A DNA stretch of 64,000 bases from Eimeria praecox (GCA_963920595.1 OY986946.1:5890001-5954000), one strand, 5' to 3'. Positions 31,876 to 45,424 are shown, counted from the first letter of the stretch. Notes: generated by a model not told the origin, from the letters alone. Translations and numbers: made by a program.

Positions 31876-33571
31876 GTATTTATATGTATTGTTTTAATGT
31901 ATAGCCAGACACAGAAACAGACAACAGCAACAAACACGCGCTAACGTCTCAGTAGCTTCTCTCTCAGATTCGGGATATGTGGGGCTGTAGACCTAGAGGC
32001 ACAAGCGCATGCATGCATGCATGCAGGCATGCATGCATGGAGGATGAGGGGGCTGTCTGTCTAGGTAGTTTATAGATATTGTGGGTGCTAAGGGAGAGTA
32101 TGTTTACTTCTTCTGTCTGTTTATATTTTGGTGGGGCTACTTGAAGTGTCTCTGTTATTTGTCTAACATCTTCGACAAGTGTTTATTATTATCCTTATTA
32201 AAGGCCTTTGCATGCACTTGGGGCTTTGCATGCGTTTGGGGCTTTTGCATGCGTATGGGGCTTTGCATGCATGCATGCATGGGTATGGGGCTTTGCATGC
32301 ATGCATGGGCATGGGGCTTTGCATGCATGCATGGGTATGGGGCTTTGCATGCATGCATGGGTATGGGGCTTTGCATGCGCTACAGAGCTGTTTTGTGATG
32401 GGGGAGTCAAGACGTGTTTACTACATCGATCTAACAGATATGGCGCATCGTCTGTTAGTAGCTGAGGGGAAGGCAGAAGCAAAACCAGAGAAGAGGAAAG
32501 AAAGAAAACATAAAAGAAGAAGAAGAAGGTGAGGGACCCATGATATCACGGAGACGCATGCACAGTTCTACTGTCTCCTCATGCCTGTCTGTCTCCTCTC
32601 TGTCTCCTCTCTGTCTCCTCTCTGTCTCCTCTCTGTCTCCTTCTTCTCTCCTCTCTGTCTCGTTTCTCTCTGTCTCCTTGTCTTCTCTCTGTCTCCTGAT
32701 TGTCTTCTCTCTGCCCTTCCTCTGTCTGTGGTTTTATTCTTAAATTTGTGGCTTCTCTGTCTCCTTTCTTTCTGTCTCCTTTCTCTCTGTCTCCTTTCTC
32801 TCTGTCTCCTTTCTTTCTGTCTCCTTTCTCTCTGTCTCCTTCTCTGTTATGTGTCTTCGTTGTGTTGCTTCGTCTCCTCTAAGCTTCGTACGCTGTCTCC
32901 TTTTTGTTTTATATCTTCTCTATCTTTCTGTCTATCTTAGTGTCTCCTCTCTGTCTGCTGCTGTGTGTCTCTTTTGTTTGCGTTGGCCTCTCTCGTGTCT
33001 CTTATCTATTATTATATATTATTTACAGTAAATAAAATATATATTATTTATTAATTATATTATTATTATTATTATATTATTATTATTGTTATTGTGAAGT
33101 GTCTCCTCGCTGCGGCAGTGTGTCTCCTTGAGTCTACTGCAGTTTAAGAGAGAAGCTGCATGTGTTTGCTTGTTGTATCTCTGCTGTTTTGTTTTTATTT
33201 ATCTGTCTCCTCTTCCTCTGTCTCCTTTCTCCGTGTGTCTCCTCCTGTCTTTTATATCTCTGTCTCCTCTCTGTCTCTGTCTCTGTCTCTATTTGTCTTC
33301 TATACATCTGTCTCTTCCCCCTCTGTGTGTGTGTGTGTGTGTGTTTCTCTGTCTCCTCTACAGCCACAGCAGGAGACACCGCAGCCGCAGGGACCGCAGC
33401 AGCAGCCGTCGTCGAGGCCGCGGAGACAGAGACAGAAGAGACAGCAGAGGAGACAGTCTTGAGAGAAGTATGAGCATAGATAAGAGAAGCCCCAAAACCT
33501 CTCGTCGTAGCCTTAGTCCCCCTGTCTCTTCTAGAAGCAGAAGCGGCAGCCGTCTCCGCAGCAGCAGCCCT

Positions 33572-33613
<42 letters not shown>

Positions 33614-36486
33614 CCACCTTCAAACATTTCGTCTAGGGCTCCTAGCAGAAGCAGGTCTCCACGCAGCAGCAGCAACAGAGCTGTTAGCCCCAGCCCCAAG
33701 AGAGAGACACGCCGCAGCAGCAGCAGCAGCAGCAGCAGACCCCACAGCAGCACGAAAGTGTCTCCTGAGAGAGGCAGCTGCAGCCGCAGCAACTCTCCTG
33801 CAGCTGTGAGAAGCAGAGACAGCAGCCACGCTTCAGCTGGCAGCAAGAGCAGCAGCAAGAGAGGCCGCAGCAGCAGCAGCAAGAGAAGCCGCAGCAGCAG
33901 CAGCAAGAGAAGCCGCAGCAGCAGCAGCAGCAAGAAGAGGGCTGTAGAGAGCGACAGAGAGCGCAGCAGAGACAGCAGCAAAGCACCAAGTGCTGCTGCT
34001 AGCCACCGCAGCCGCAGCCGCAGCCGCAGCAGAAGTGTCTCTGCCTGCAGCAAACAAAGCAGCAGCAGCAGCAGACAAAACAGCAGCAGCAGCAGCAGAC
34101 AGCACAGCAGCAGCAGACCAGGAAGCCACAGAGACCCTAGCGAGGCAACAGAACGTGGGGCTGCAGCAGCTAGCAGGAGCCCCAGCGGCAGCAACCGCAG
34201 CAGCAGCAGCAGCAGCAGACACAGCAGCAGCAGCAAACGTAGCGACAACCGCAGCAGAGGCCGCAGCAGAAGCCGCAGCAACAGAAGCAGCAGCAGCAGA
34301 CACAGCAAACCCCGCAGCAGAAGCCGCAGCAACACCCCACAAGCGAGCCCTGTCAGCAGCAGCAAGGCAGCTAGCAGAAGCAACAGCAACAACAGCAACA
34401 AGAGCAGCAGAAGCAACAGCAACAACAGCAACAAGAGCAGCAGAAGCAACAGCAGCAACAAGGCAGCTAGTAGAAGCAACAGCAACAGCAGCAGCAAGGC
34501 AGCTAGTAGAAGCAACAGCAACAGCAGCAGCAAGGCAGCAAGTAGGAGCCCCAGCAACAGCAGCAACAAGAGAAGCAAAAGCCCTAGCGGCAGCAACAAG
34601 AGCAGCAGAAGCAACAGCAACAACAGCAACAGAAGCAGAAGCAAGAGCCCTAGCAGCAGCAGCAAGGCAGCTAGCAGAAGCAACAGCAACAACAGCAACA
34701 AGAGCAGCAGAAGCAACAGCAACAACAGCAACAGAAGCAGAAGCAAAAGCCGCAGCAACAGCAGCAACAGAAGCAGAAGCAACAGCAACAGCAGCAACAA
34801 GGCAGCTAGCAGAAGCAGCAGCAACGGCAGCAACAAGAGCAGCAGAAGCAACAGCAACAACAGCAACAGAAGCAGAAGCAACAGCCCTAGCAACAGCAGC
34901 AACAAAAGCAACAAGAGCAGCAGAAGCAACAGCAACAGCAGCAACAAAAGCCGCAGCAACAGCAGCAACAGAAGCAAGAGCCCTAGCAACAGCAGCAGCA
35001 AGGCAGCTAGCAGAAGCCCCAGCAACAACAGCAACAAGAGCAGCAGAAGCAACAGCAACAACAGCAACAGAAGCAGAAGCAACAGCAACGGCAGCAACAA
35101 GGCAGCTAGCAGAAGCAGCAGCAACGGCAGCAACAAGAGCAGCAGAAGCAACAGCAACAGCAGCAGCAAAGCTGCTAGCAGAAGCCCCAGCAACAACAGC
35201 AACAAGAGCAGCAGAAGCAACAGCAACAGCAGCAACAAGGCAGCTAGCAGAAGCAACAGCAACAGCAGCAACAGAAGCAAGAGCCCTAGCAGCAGCAGCA
35301 ACAAGAGCAACAGCAGCAGCAGAGGCAGAAGCAAAAGCCGCAGCAACAGCAGCAACAGAAGCAGAAGCCACAGCAACAGCAACAGCAAGGCAGCTAGCCG
35401 AAGCAACAGCAACGGCAGCAACAAGAGCAGCAGAAGCAACAGCAACAGCAACAGCAAGGCTGCTAGCAGAAGCCCCAGCAACAACAGCAACAAAAGCCGC
35501 AGCAACAGCAGCAACAGAAGCAGAAGCAACAGCAACAGCAGCAACAGAAGCAAAAGCAACGACAGCAACAACAGCAACAGAAGCAGAAGCAACAGCAACA
35601 GCAGCAACAGAAGCCGAAGCAACAGCAGCAGCAACAGCAACAGCAGCAACAAGAGCAAGAGCAAGAGCCCCAGCGGCAGCAACAGAAGCAGAAGCAACAG
35701 CAACAGCAGCAACAGAAGCCGAAGCAACAGCAACAGCAGCAACAGAAGCAGAAGCAAGAGCCCTAGCGGCAGCAAGGCTGGCAGCCGCAGCAACAGCAAC
35801 AACAGCAACAGAAGCCGAAGCAACAGCAACAGCAGCAAGAAGAGCAGCAGAAGCAACAGCAGCAGCAGCAGCAGAAGCAGAAGCAACTCGAACGATAAGA
35901 GGATTGTGGCTGAGGGATCGCAGCAAGAACAGAGAGAAGCTAGCAGCAGCAGCAAGAGCCGCAGCAGCAGCAAGAGCCGCAGCCGCAGCAAGAGCCGCAG
36001 CAACAGCAAAAGCCGCAGCCGCAGCAACAGCAACAGCCGCAGCCGCAGCAACAGCAACAGCAACAGCAACAAGAGCAGGTCTAGCAGCAGCAAACCTGCT
36101 GAGAGCCCCCGTGGTAGCGTCAAGGACGCGAGCGAGAGAGGCAGCAGCAGAAGCAGCAGCAGAAGCAACAGCAGAAGCAACAGCAGAAGCAACAGCAGAA
36201 GCAGCAGCAAACGCAGTGCTAGCGGCACTCCTGCAGCAAGGAGCAGCAGCAGCAACAGCCGCAGCAGCAGCAGCAACAGCCGCCGCAGCAGCAGCAAGAC
36301 AGAGGAACCCAGCAGCAGCAGACGGGGAAGCAGAAGCAACAGCCGCAGCAGCAGCAGCAGCAGCAAGAGCCGCAGCAGCAGCAGCAACAGCCGCAAATGT
36401 AGTAGAAGCCGCAGCAGCAGCAAAGCTGAAGAAGCTAGCAGCAACAGGGGCCGCAGCAGCAGCACACGCGAGGCAGTACCGAAGAA

Positions 36487-36523
<37 letters not shown>

Positions 36524-36632
36524 GGAAAGACACGCAAATCTCGCAGGGGCAGCAGCAGCAGCAGCGTAAGCAGCAGCAGAACAACCTCACCAGCAGCAGC
36601 AAACAAAAGACAGAGAAGTAAAGATGCTGAAG

Positions 36633-36667
<35 letters not shown>

Positions 36668-36961
36668 TCGGAGAGACGCAGCGTGACACACGCACACACG
36701 AATGGCAGCAAAGGTAAGAAACATACTGCTGCTGCTGCTGCAGCAGCAGCAGCAGCAGATGCTGCTGCAGCAGAGAAAGTTAAAGGAAGCAATGATGGAG
36801 AGAAGGGGAAGAGAAGGAGAGTGGGGGAGACAGAGACAGACAGAAAGCAGCAGCAGACAGAGACACCCGAGCAGCAGCAGCAGCAGCAGCAGCAGAAGGC
36901 AACAGCAGAGACAACGAAGAATGTAAAGAGTAGAAAAACCAAAGAAAATGCAGCAGACAGC

Positions 36962-37015
<54 letters not shown>

Positions 37016-37291
37016 CAGCAAAGCAGCAGCCGCAGCAAACGCAGCAGAATACAAAAACAAGAGAGAGAGGAGACTAAGCCTGAAGAAGAAGAAAATAATA
37101 AAAACTCTGAGGAGACAGTAGGAGACAGAAAGAAGAGAAAGATAGAAACAAAAACAAAGAAAGATGCTGCAGAGTCTGCTGCTGCTGCTGCTGCAGCAAC
37201 AGCAGCAGCAGCAACAGCAGCAGGAACAGCAGCAAAAACAAAAAAAAACAAAGAAAGCGTCTCCAAACATAAACGTCAGGGAGGGAAGTGA
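26822..37291 (+). CDS. PNISR/SFRS18-like arginine/serine-rich nuclear protein with a degenerate FHA-like domain and a very long RS/SN tail
   Basis: Six phase-compatible exons: 26822-27773, 28394-28918, 29749-29837, 31392-31604, 32386-32528 and 33364-37291. [10 protein letters not shown] resembles the PNISR WAALAQAWI motif, and [21 protein letters not shown] resembles LLTEILLDVTDEEI. RS dipeptide tracts lie at both ends. Confidence 0.75.
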
Positions 37292-37733
37292 GAGAGAGAG
37301 AGAGAGACAGAGAGAGAGCGAGAGAGAGAGACAGAAGAGATAGATTAGATGCGGGTGTGTATATCTACTATATTATATAATACAACAATTATATTATTAT
37401 TATATTATTTATAATATTTCTAATAATATAATATAATAATAATAATAATAATAATAATATTAATTATTATTATTATTATTATTATTCTATAATAATAATA
37501 TTATTTATTATATTATTATGCATAGGGTGAGTGTGCTGCTGCTGCTTCTTCTTCTGCTGCTGCTGCTGCTGCAGTTATAATTGTGTCTTGTCTTTTTTAA
37601 TACAAGTTTGTCTTACCTGTCTTGTCTTGATGCTGCTGCATTTACAGCTGTATCTATCGGAGGCAGCTAGAGACAGACATCACGCGATGTCTTTGCTGCT
37701 GCTGCAGCAACTGCAGCAACTGCAGCAGCAACT

Positions 37734-37765
<32 letters not shown>

Positions 37766-37880
37766 TCTTTTGCATGTTGGCTTCGCGTGAAGAAGTGTAT
37801 GGCTTTTTGTCTTCTTGTCTTCTTACAGACTAAGCAGTTTAGAGAGAGATATCTCATCATACACTCGAGGATGCTGCAGC

Positions 37881-38095
37881 CCTAGGGTTTAGGGTTTAGG
37901 GTTTAGGGCTTAGGGTTTTAGGGGTTAGGGTTTTAGGGGTTAGGGGTTTACGGGTTAGGGGTTTAGGGTTTAGGGTTTTAGGGATTATGGGTTTAGGGCT
38001 TTAGGGCTTAGGGCTTGGGGTTAGGCTTCTAGGGTTTAGGGTTTAAGGGTTTAGGGTTTAGGGTTTAGGGTTTAAGGTTTAGGGTTTAGGGTTTA
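37881..38095 (+). repeat. Degenerate telomere-like (AGGGTTT)n array
   Basis: Read directly; many variant units. Confidence 0.9.
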
Positions 38096-39112
38096 GAGCT
38101 TCTGCTGTATCTGTCCATACACCTGAAGGCTCTTTCTGCCTGCTGTCTTTTCTTTTCTGTCTCTTCTTGCTGCTGTTACTGCTGCTGCTGCTGTTGCTGC
38201 TGCAGCAGCAGCAGCAGCAGCAGCAGGAGGCGAAGATGAGAGGCGCTTAGGAGCACGTACACTTGCTGCTGCTGCGTGTTCTACTGTATCTGTAATTAAG
38301 TAAATATAATTAAAATTTAAAAATAATTATTATTTGTATAACTCCTTCAACGTATCTAACCCTTATAGAGCTGCTGCTGCTGCAGCAGCAGCTGCTGCTG
38401 CAGCAGCAGTGCTGCTCCCTCCTCTACAAACCTACAGCAGCAGCAGCGGCAGCAGCGGCAACAGCAGCAGCAGCAGCAGCAGCGGCAGCAGCAGCAGCAG
38501 CACAGACAGCAGCTGCACGGACAGCGGCTAGTAAGGGAGTTCAGCTTATCAAGGGGCCCTCCCCCTAAACCCTAAACCCTAAACCCTAAACCCTAGGCAT
38601 ATATTTGTTAGGAGAGACAAACATAGGGCTACGTATTTGTTTATATTGGTTATATCTTTCTGTCTCTTTATCTGTCTCTCCCCTGTCTGTCTCTCTATTC
38701 TGTCTCTGTCTCCTTATCTGTCTCTCTTCTGTCTCTGTTTCTATCTCTGTGTTTGTATTTGTCTCTGTCTTCATCCGTCTCTGTCTCTTTATCTGTCTCT
38801 GTCTCTCTATCTATCTCTGTCTCTCTATCTGTCTCTGTCTCCTTATCTGTCTCTGCCTCTCTATCTGTCTCTGTCTCTCTATCTGTCTCTGTCTCCTTAT
38901 CTGTATCTGTCTCTTCATATGTCTCTGTCTCTCTATCTGTCTCTGTCTCTCTATCTATCTCTGTCTCTCTATCTGTCTCTGTCTCCTTATCTGTCTCTGC
39001 CTCTCTATCTGTCTCTGTCTCTCTCTTTATCTGTCTCTTCTCTGTCTCTTGCTCTGTCTTCATTTGCCTCTGTATTTATTTCTACATATTTGTTTCTATT
39101 ATTTTATTTAAT

Positions 39113-39197
<85 letters not shown>

Positions 39198-40528
39198 TAT
39201 CTGTGTCTTGTTGATTTATTTGTTTATATATTTTAAAATATTATTTTGTGTCTCCTTATTTTTAATTTATTTTATAAAAATATAAATATATTATTTAATT
39301 TGAAGTATCTCTAGAGACACCTCAGGTGTACGTACAGCCCAACAAATCATTATCAAACAAATACAACAAACTTAACAGCAGCAGCAGCAGCAGCAGCAAA
39401 ACAATTAAAAGAATACATACACACACTCATACACCTGTTGCTGTTGGTGCTGCTGCTGTTGCTGCTGCTGCTGTTGCTGCTGCTGCTGTTGCTGCTACTG
39501 CTGCTGCTGCAGCGAGGAAGTCAACCCCAGCAGCAGCAAAAGCTACAGCAGCAAAAGGCCTCTGCTGCTGCAGCTACAGCTGCAGCGTAGATATCAACAA
39601 CAGCAGCAGCAACAGCAACAGCAGCAGCAGCAGCAGCAGCAGCTGCTGCTGCTGCATAGGAGACAGATCTACTTCTGCTGCTGTCTAGACACCTTAGCAC
39701 TGTGAGTCCCCACCATACCTGTCTCCTCTAGCTGTCTGTCCTGCCTTCTCTGCCTCGCCCTACAAACCCTAAACCCTAAACCCTAAACCCTAAACCCTAA
39801 ACCCTAGGCTGTTTGTCTCTCAAGCAAATTAGGTTTTCGGGGTTTCTGTCTGACTGTCTGTCTTTGTTTGATCCAGCAGCAGCAGCTGCGGTATTGCTGC
39901 AGCAGCAGATATTCTGTGTAGAGACAGCAGATAAAGCTGAGGTGTATGTACACTGCAGCAGCAGCAGCAGCAGAACTGCAGCAGCAACAGCAGCAGCAGC
40001 AGCAGATGTTGAGGGCGAGCTGCTGCTGCTGGATACTGTGTGTCTTGATAACGATAAGATTAAGACAACACAGCAGCAGCAGGGATGCAGCAGCAGCTGC
40101 TGCTGCTGCTCTAGCAACAGCAGCAGCAGCAACAGCAGCAACAGCAGCAGCAGCAGCAGCAGCAGCTGCTGCAGCTGCTGCTGCAGTTGATGCTGCTGCC
40201 AGTCTGTATGAATCTATGAGGAGCTAAGTTGAGTAGCTCCACTCCCCCCATTTCTGTGAAATAATATAAAATATTATAAATAATAATAAAATTAATTAAT
40301 TATATTAATTATATTAATTTAAATATTAACGTCAGTACCTCAGACAGATCCCTCTACAGCAGCAGCAGGCAGGGGCTGCTGCAGCAGCGGTGCTGCTGCA
40401 GTTATTTTGTGTTTGTTGTTTTTATTGTTTTATTTATTTTATTATTTTTGTTTTCTTTTGTTTCTTTTGTTTCTAAATATCATTTTATGAATTCTGCTGA
40501 TTCTGTTGTTGTTGTTGTTGCTGCTGTT

Positions 40529-40561
<33 letters not shown>

Positions 40562-40680
40562 CTCTAGGCCTCAACACGCTGCTGCAGCAGCTGCAGCAGC
40601 TGCAGCAGCGTCGCGTGCTTTGTTTGCAGTGTCAGTGGTCCTTCATGTGACCACTGGTCTATCTGCAGCAGCAACAACAA

Positions 40681-40731
<51 letters not shown>

Positions 40732-40819
40732 GGGTCTCTAAGGGGGGTGTTCGTCCCTATTAGCTGTATAGATTCAGCTGTATATACACCTCAGCAGCAG
40801 CAGCAGCAGCAGCAGCAAG

Positions 40820-41500
40820 ATGTCGTCGCCGCTCTGGAGAGAAGAAGAAGATACATTCGAGTCTCCGAGGCGTAGCACATCTCATCAGTTTAACGTACAG
40901 CAACAACAAACTCATCCTCCTGCTGCTGCTGCTGCTGCAGCAGCAGCAGCAGCTGCTGCTGCTGCTGCAGCTACCGCAGCAACTGCTGCTACCTCTCCTC
41001 GTTTCTCTCCCGTGTCGGATCATGATAGTCTGTCTTCTGCACCTGAAGCAGCAGCAGCAGCAACAGCAGCAGCAACACCGCCACCAAGTGCTGCTGCTGC
41101 TGCTGCTGGCTGCGTTGCTGCTGCAGCGCGGCAGGAAGAAGCTTTGCTGCTCGCCGAAGAAGCTGTCTCAGACCCTCTCGTTAGACACAGCAGCAGCAGC
41201 AGCAGCAGCAGCAAACGTACTGATATGTATTACGGTGTAAACTCTCTTGCTGCTGGTGCAGCAGCAGCAGCAACTGCAGCAGCAGCAACAACTGCAGCAG
41301 CAGCAACAAATGCAGCAGCAGCAGCAGCAGCAGAAAGGCATTTGGGTGATTGGCGTGATGCACCTGATCCAACAACAGCAGCAGCAGCAACAGCAGCAAC
41401 AGCAGCAGCAGCAACAGCAGCAAATCTAAGCTCCATACAAAACGGTTTTGCTGCTGTAGCTACTTCACAGCTGCAGCGGGAAGACAAGGATCTGCTGCTA

Positions 41501-41531
<31 letters not shown>

Positions 41532-41586
41532 TGCATGCAGCAGCAACAGAGCAAATGCGGCGCTTGCGGCAGCAGCAGCAACAGCA

Positions 41587-41619
<33 letters not shown>

Positions 41620-41836
41620 AGCTATGACAGTGTGTACATGTGGGGGGGAGGTGGTTGCTGCTGCTGTTGAACGGCTTGCTGCTGATGTGAAGGATATGCA
41701 GCAGCAGCAGCAGCAGCAGCAGCAGTTGCTGCAGCAGCTGCTGCAGCAGCAAACAGCAGGACAGCAGCTTCTGAAGCAGCTATTAAGTGCGTTAGAATCC
41801 GGTCGCAGCGGTATTGAAACAGCAGCAGCAGCAAGT

Positions 41837-41868
<32 letters not shown>

Positions 41869-42349
41869 CAGCAGCACAGAGGCTGCGCGTAGGGGGCTAA
41901 GGAGGGGACGGCTTGTCTCTCCTCCCAGCACTCCTGCTGCTGCTGGTGACCCGCATACTACAGGTTTGCTGCAGCAGCAGCAGCAGCAGCAGCTGCTGCA
42001 GCAGCAGCAGCAGCAGCAGCAATATCATCAGCAGCAACTGCAGCAGCAGCAGCAACAACTGCAGCAGCAACGGCTAGCGGAAGAGCGTAGACAAGAAGAG
42101 CTACGACAGCAGCAGCAGAAACTGCAGCAGCAGCGTGAAGCTGAGCGTCATCGTTTGCTGCTGCTGCAGCAGCAGCAGCAAGAAGAAGAGAGGAGACAGA
42201 GAGAAGAAGAAGAGAGAAGAAAGACAGAAGCCCTCAAACATAAACATAAACTATTAATGAATTCGCTTGTTGTACAAGGAGGAACGAATACAATCTTCGC
42301 AGACACACAAAACAAAACCAAAGAAAGCAGCAGTTTATTTGATGAATAG
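40820..42349 (+). CDS. Single-exon Ala/Gln-rich hypothetical protein with a C-terminal coiled coil
   Basis: 509-aa ATG-to-TAG ORF. Unique segments between CAG tracts stay in frame, there is an E/R/Q coiled-coil-like stretch, and it ends ...LLMNSLVVQGGTNTIFADTQNKTKESSSLFDE. Confidence 0.7.
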
Positions 42350-43088
42350 ATAACGTTGATGCTGCTGCTGCTGCTGCTGCTCGTGCTGCTGCTGCTGATC
42401 GTGCTGCTGCTGCTGATCGTGCTGCTGCTGCAGGTGAGGCTGCTGGTGTTGCAGGTGAGGCTGTTGCTGCTGCAGGTGAGGCTGCTGCTGCTGCAGGTGA
42501 GGCTGCTGCTGCTGCAGCAGCTGCTGAAGCAGCAGCAGCAGCAGCAGCAGCAGCTGAAGGTGATGTTTGTCTACAGTGTTGTGGCTGGCTGCTTTGTGTT
42601 CATAGCAATTGCAGCAGCTGCAGCAGCTGCAGCAGCTGCAGCAGCAACAATACCAGATGGTGCTGCTGCTGCTGCTGCAGCAGCAGCTGCTGCTGCAGCA
42701 GCGAATACACTGCGGGCCGTTGCAGCAGCAGCAGCAGCATCAGCAGCAACAGCAGCAGCTGAAGTTGCTACTGTTCTGGCGGGGTGTTCTACCCTTCGTC
42801 TTGCGTGTTGCTAGCTACAGCAGCCGCTGCTGCTGCTGCTGCTGCTGCTGCGGCAACTGCAGCAGCAGCAGCAGCAGCAGTGATCATGGCTAACATTTGT
42901 GGGTTTGTTTTTGTTTATTGTAAACAGCAGCAAATCCCTAATCCTATAAACAGAGACAGAGATTAATTATAATAAACAGAGACAGACAGAGACAGTACAG
43001 AGGAGACGATTGAAGGAGACACTATAAAAAGGAGACACACACAAATACGTTAGCCCCCCCGCTGTCTCTCCAGCCAACACACTATACG

Positions 43089-43528
43089 AGGGGGCCCCTG
43101 GGGGGCCCCTGGGGGCCCTAGACCCCCAGGGGTATAGGTATATAGGTACAAGGGCCCCAGGGGGCCCCTTAGGGGCCCCCTGGGGGGCCCCTTAGGGGCC
43201 CTATACCCTAAGGGGGGCCCTTAGGGGCACTATACCCTAAGGGGGGCCCTTAGGGGCCCCTCTTATAAACCAAAAGAAGCCTCTAAGGGCCTCCATAGCC
43301 TTCGTTAGCTACACCTACACAGCCACCCAAACACACCTAGGGGGCCCCCTAGATAAGGGGGCCCCTAGGGGGCGAAGGGGGTCCTAGGGGGGCCCCCCAT
43401 TGGGGCCCCTTTAGGGGGGCCCCCTAGGGGGCGGGGCCCCTTAGGGGGGCCCTAAATCGGGGGCCCTAAATGGGGGCCCCCCAGGGGGTACCCTACCCTA
43501 AAGGGGGGCCCCCTTGGGGGGCCCCCCT
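43089..43528. repeat. GC-rich cluster of GGGGCCCC/CCCTAAGGG palindromic units between convergent gene ends
   Basis: Dense G-run/C-run palindromes, including a tandem repeat of CTATACCCTAAGGGGGG(G)CCCTTAGGGGC. Confidence 0.8.
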
Positions 43529-43690
43529 TTAGGGTAGGGTACGGGTTAAGTCTATACATTCGCGGAGAGAGAAGAGGGCCTCGTCTATGCGCCGCAGCAG
43601 GCGAAGAGCAGCCGCAGCTTCTTCACGGGGATGTTGCTGCTGCTGCAGTGCATCAGCAGCTGCTGCAGAGGGCGCCCCTCCTGCTGCTGT

Positions 43691-43731
<41 letters not shown>

Positions 43732-44128
43732 AGGTGTCTGTACACCGCAGAGCGTCTTCAATCTCCGCCCATAGACGGGGATAAGCCTTAGGGAAACGAT
43801 GCAGCAGCTGGCTGCAGAATGTTGCTGCCTTCTCTAATGTGCTGCTGCCGCTGCTGCTGCTGCTGCTGCTGTTGTTGGGGTCGAAGAAATAGAATGCTGC
43901 AGCACGAAGGAGCAGCAGCTGCTGCGGCAGGGTTCGGGGCCCGTGTGGTTGCTGCTGCTGCAGCGCAACAACAGCAGCAGCTAGCTGCAGGCTGTTAACC
44001 TCATCTACTTCATAATCTTCTACATGAAGCCGAAGCTGCTGCAGCAGCTGCTGTCGGGGCCTCTCCTGCTGCAGATGCTGCTGCTGCCACAGAAACGCAG
44101 CAGCAGCAACCCGCAGCAGCAACGGTTG

Positions 44129-44164
<36 letters not shown>

Positions 44165-44228
44165 GTTGCTCTGCCTACTGCTGCGACTCCCGCGTACGAG
44201 AGCTTCTGCAGCAGCAAGGATAGCATAT

Positions 44229-44276
<48 letters not shown>

Positions 44277-44409
44277 TCTGCAGCAGCAGCAGCAGCAGCA
44301 AATGCTGGAGAGAAGCAGCAGCTTGACAGAGGCGCAAAGGCCTCTGCTACAGCTAACTGAGGGCACTGCTGCAGCAGTCCCCCCCAATCTAATGCAGGGA
44401 TCGAAGCCG

Positions 44410-44462
<53 letters not shown>

Positions 44463-45074
44463 GTGGGGCAAGTGAAGGGGAGACGCGCAGTAGCCAGGGG
44501 AGTTAGAGCAGCAACAGCAGCTGCAGCAAAACTGCTACTGTCTGTTGCTGCTGCTGCTGCTGTTGCTGCTGTTGCTGCTGCTGCTGCTGATTCTTCCGTG
44601 CTGGTGCGGACAGAGAAGATACGGGTTAAGGGAAACGCTATCTGCTGCTGCTGCTGCTGCTGCTGCTGCTTGTTTGCTGCTGCTGCTGTTGCTGCTTCTG
44701 CTGCTGTTGCTGCTGTTGCTGCTGTTGCTGCTGCTGCTGTTGCTGCTGCTGTTTCGTCGCAAGCAAGGAGGCCATACATTGAATGCCGCAGAGTGCAGCA
44801 GCAGCTGAGGTGTCTCTCCCTAGCTGGCAGCAGCTGCTGCAGCGCAGCAGCAACTGCTGCTGCTGCTTCCTCATGAGCCTCAACACCGTCTACAGCAAAC
44901 ACCACTGCTCTGTTCCTGCTGCTGCTGCTGCTGCCGTTGCTGCTGCTGCTGCTGCTGCTGCTGCCCTGCTGCAGCGCCTGCGCCAGACGCAGGCCTAGAA
45001 GAGGTGCTGCGAAGGCGGAGACAGCAGCATCTGCTGTCGGGTGTACATACAGCACCTTCAGCTGTATCTGCTGC

Positions 45075-45113
<39 letters not shown>

Positions 45114-45250
45114 GCTGCTGCAGCAAAGGCTCTACGCAGCAGCAGCAGCTTCTCTCTAACAGCAGCAGGAGAGACACCCAGAAGCACCAAAACCCCTGCT
45201 GCCCCCGCCTTGTCTGCTGCTGCTGCTGTTGCTGCTGCTGCTGTTGCTGC

Positions 45251-45282
<32 letters not shown>

Positions 45283-45424
45283 CTAGCTGCTGCAGCCATG
45301 CTGCTAAGCTCTGCAGCAGAACAGCAGAAGGTCCTGCTGCTGTGGGGCCGTGAAGCAGCAGCACATCTCCTGTCTGCAGCGGCAGCAGACTATCTAAGGG
45401 GGCCCACCCAGACCGCAGCAGCAG

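Noticed and set aside
33358..37266. 1302-aa poly-Leu ORF and other overlapping long ORFs (697 aa, 859 aa)
   Set aside because: Antisense or alternative-frame shadows of the AGC/AAC-rich exon. CTG/TTG repeats lack stop codons, and only the RS frame splices in phase with the upstream exons.
39326..40227. Possible small gene (…QQIFCVETADKAEVYVH…ELLLLDTVCLDNDKIK…)
   Set aside because: No consistent start/splice model or recognisable motif could be built. It may be UTR or an unresolved gene.
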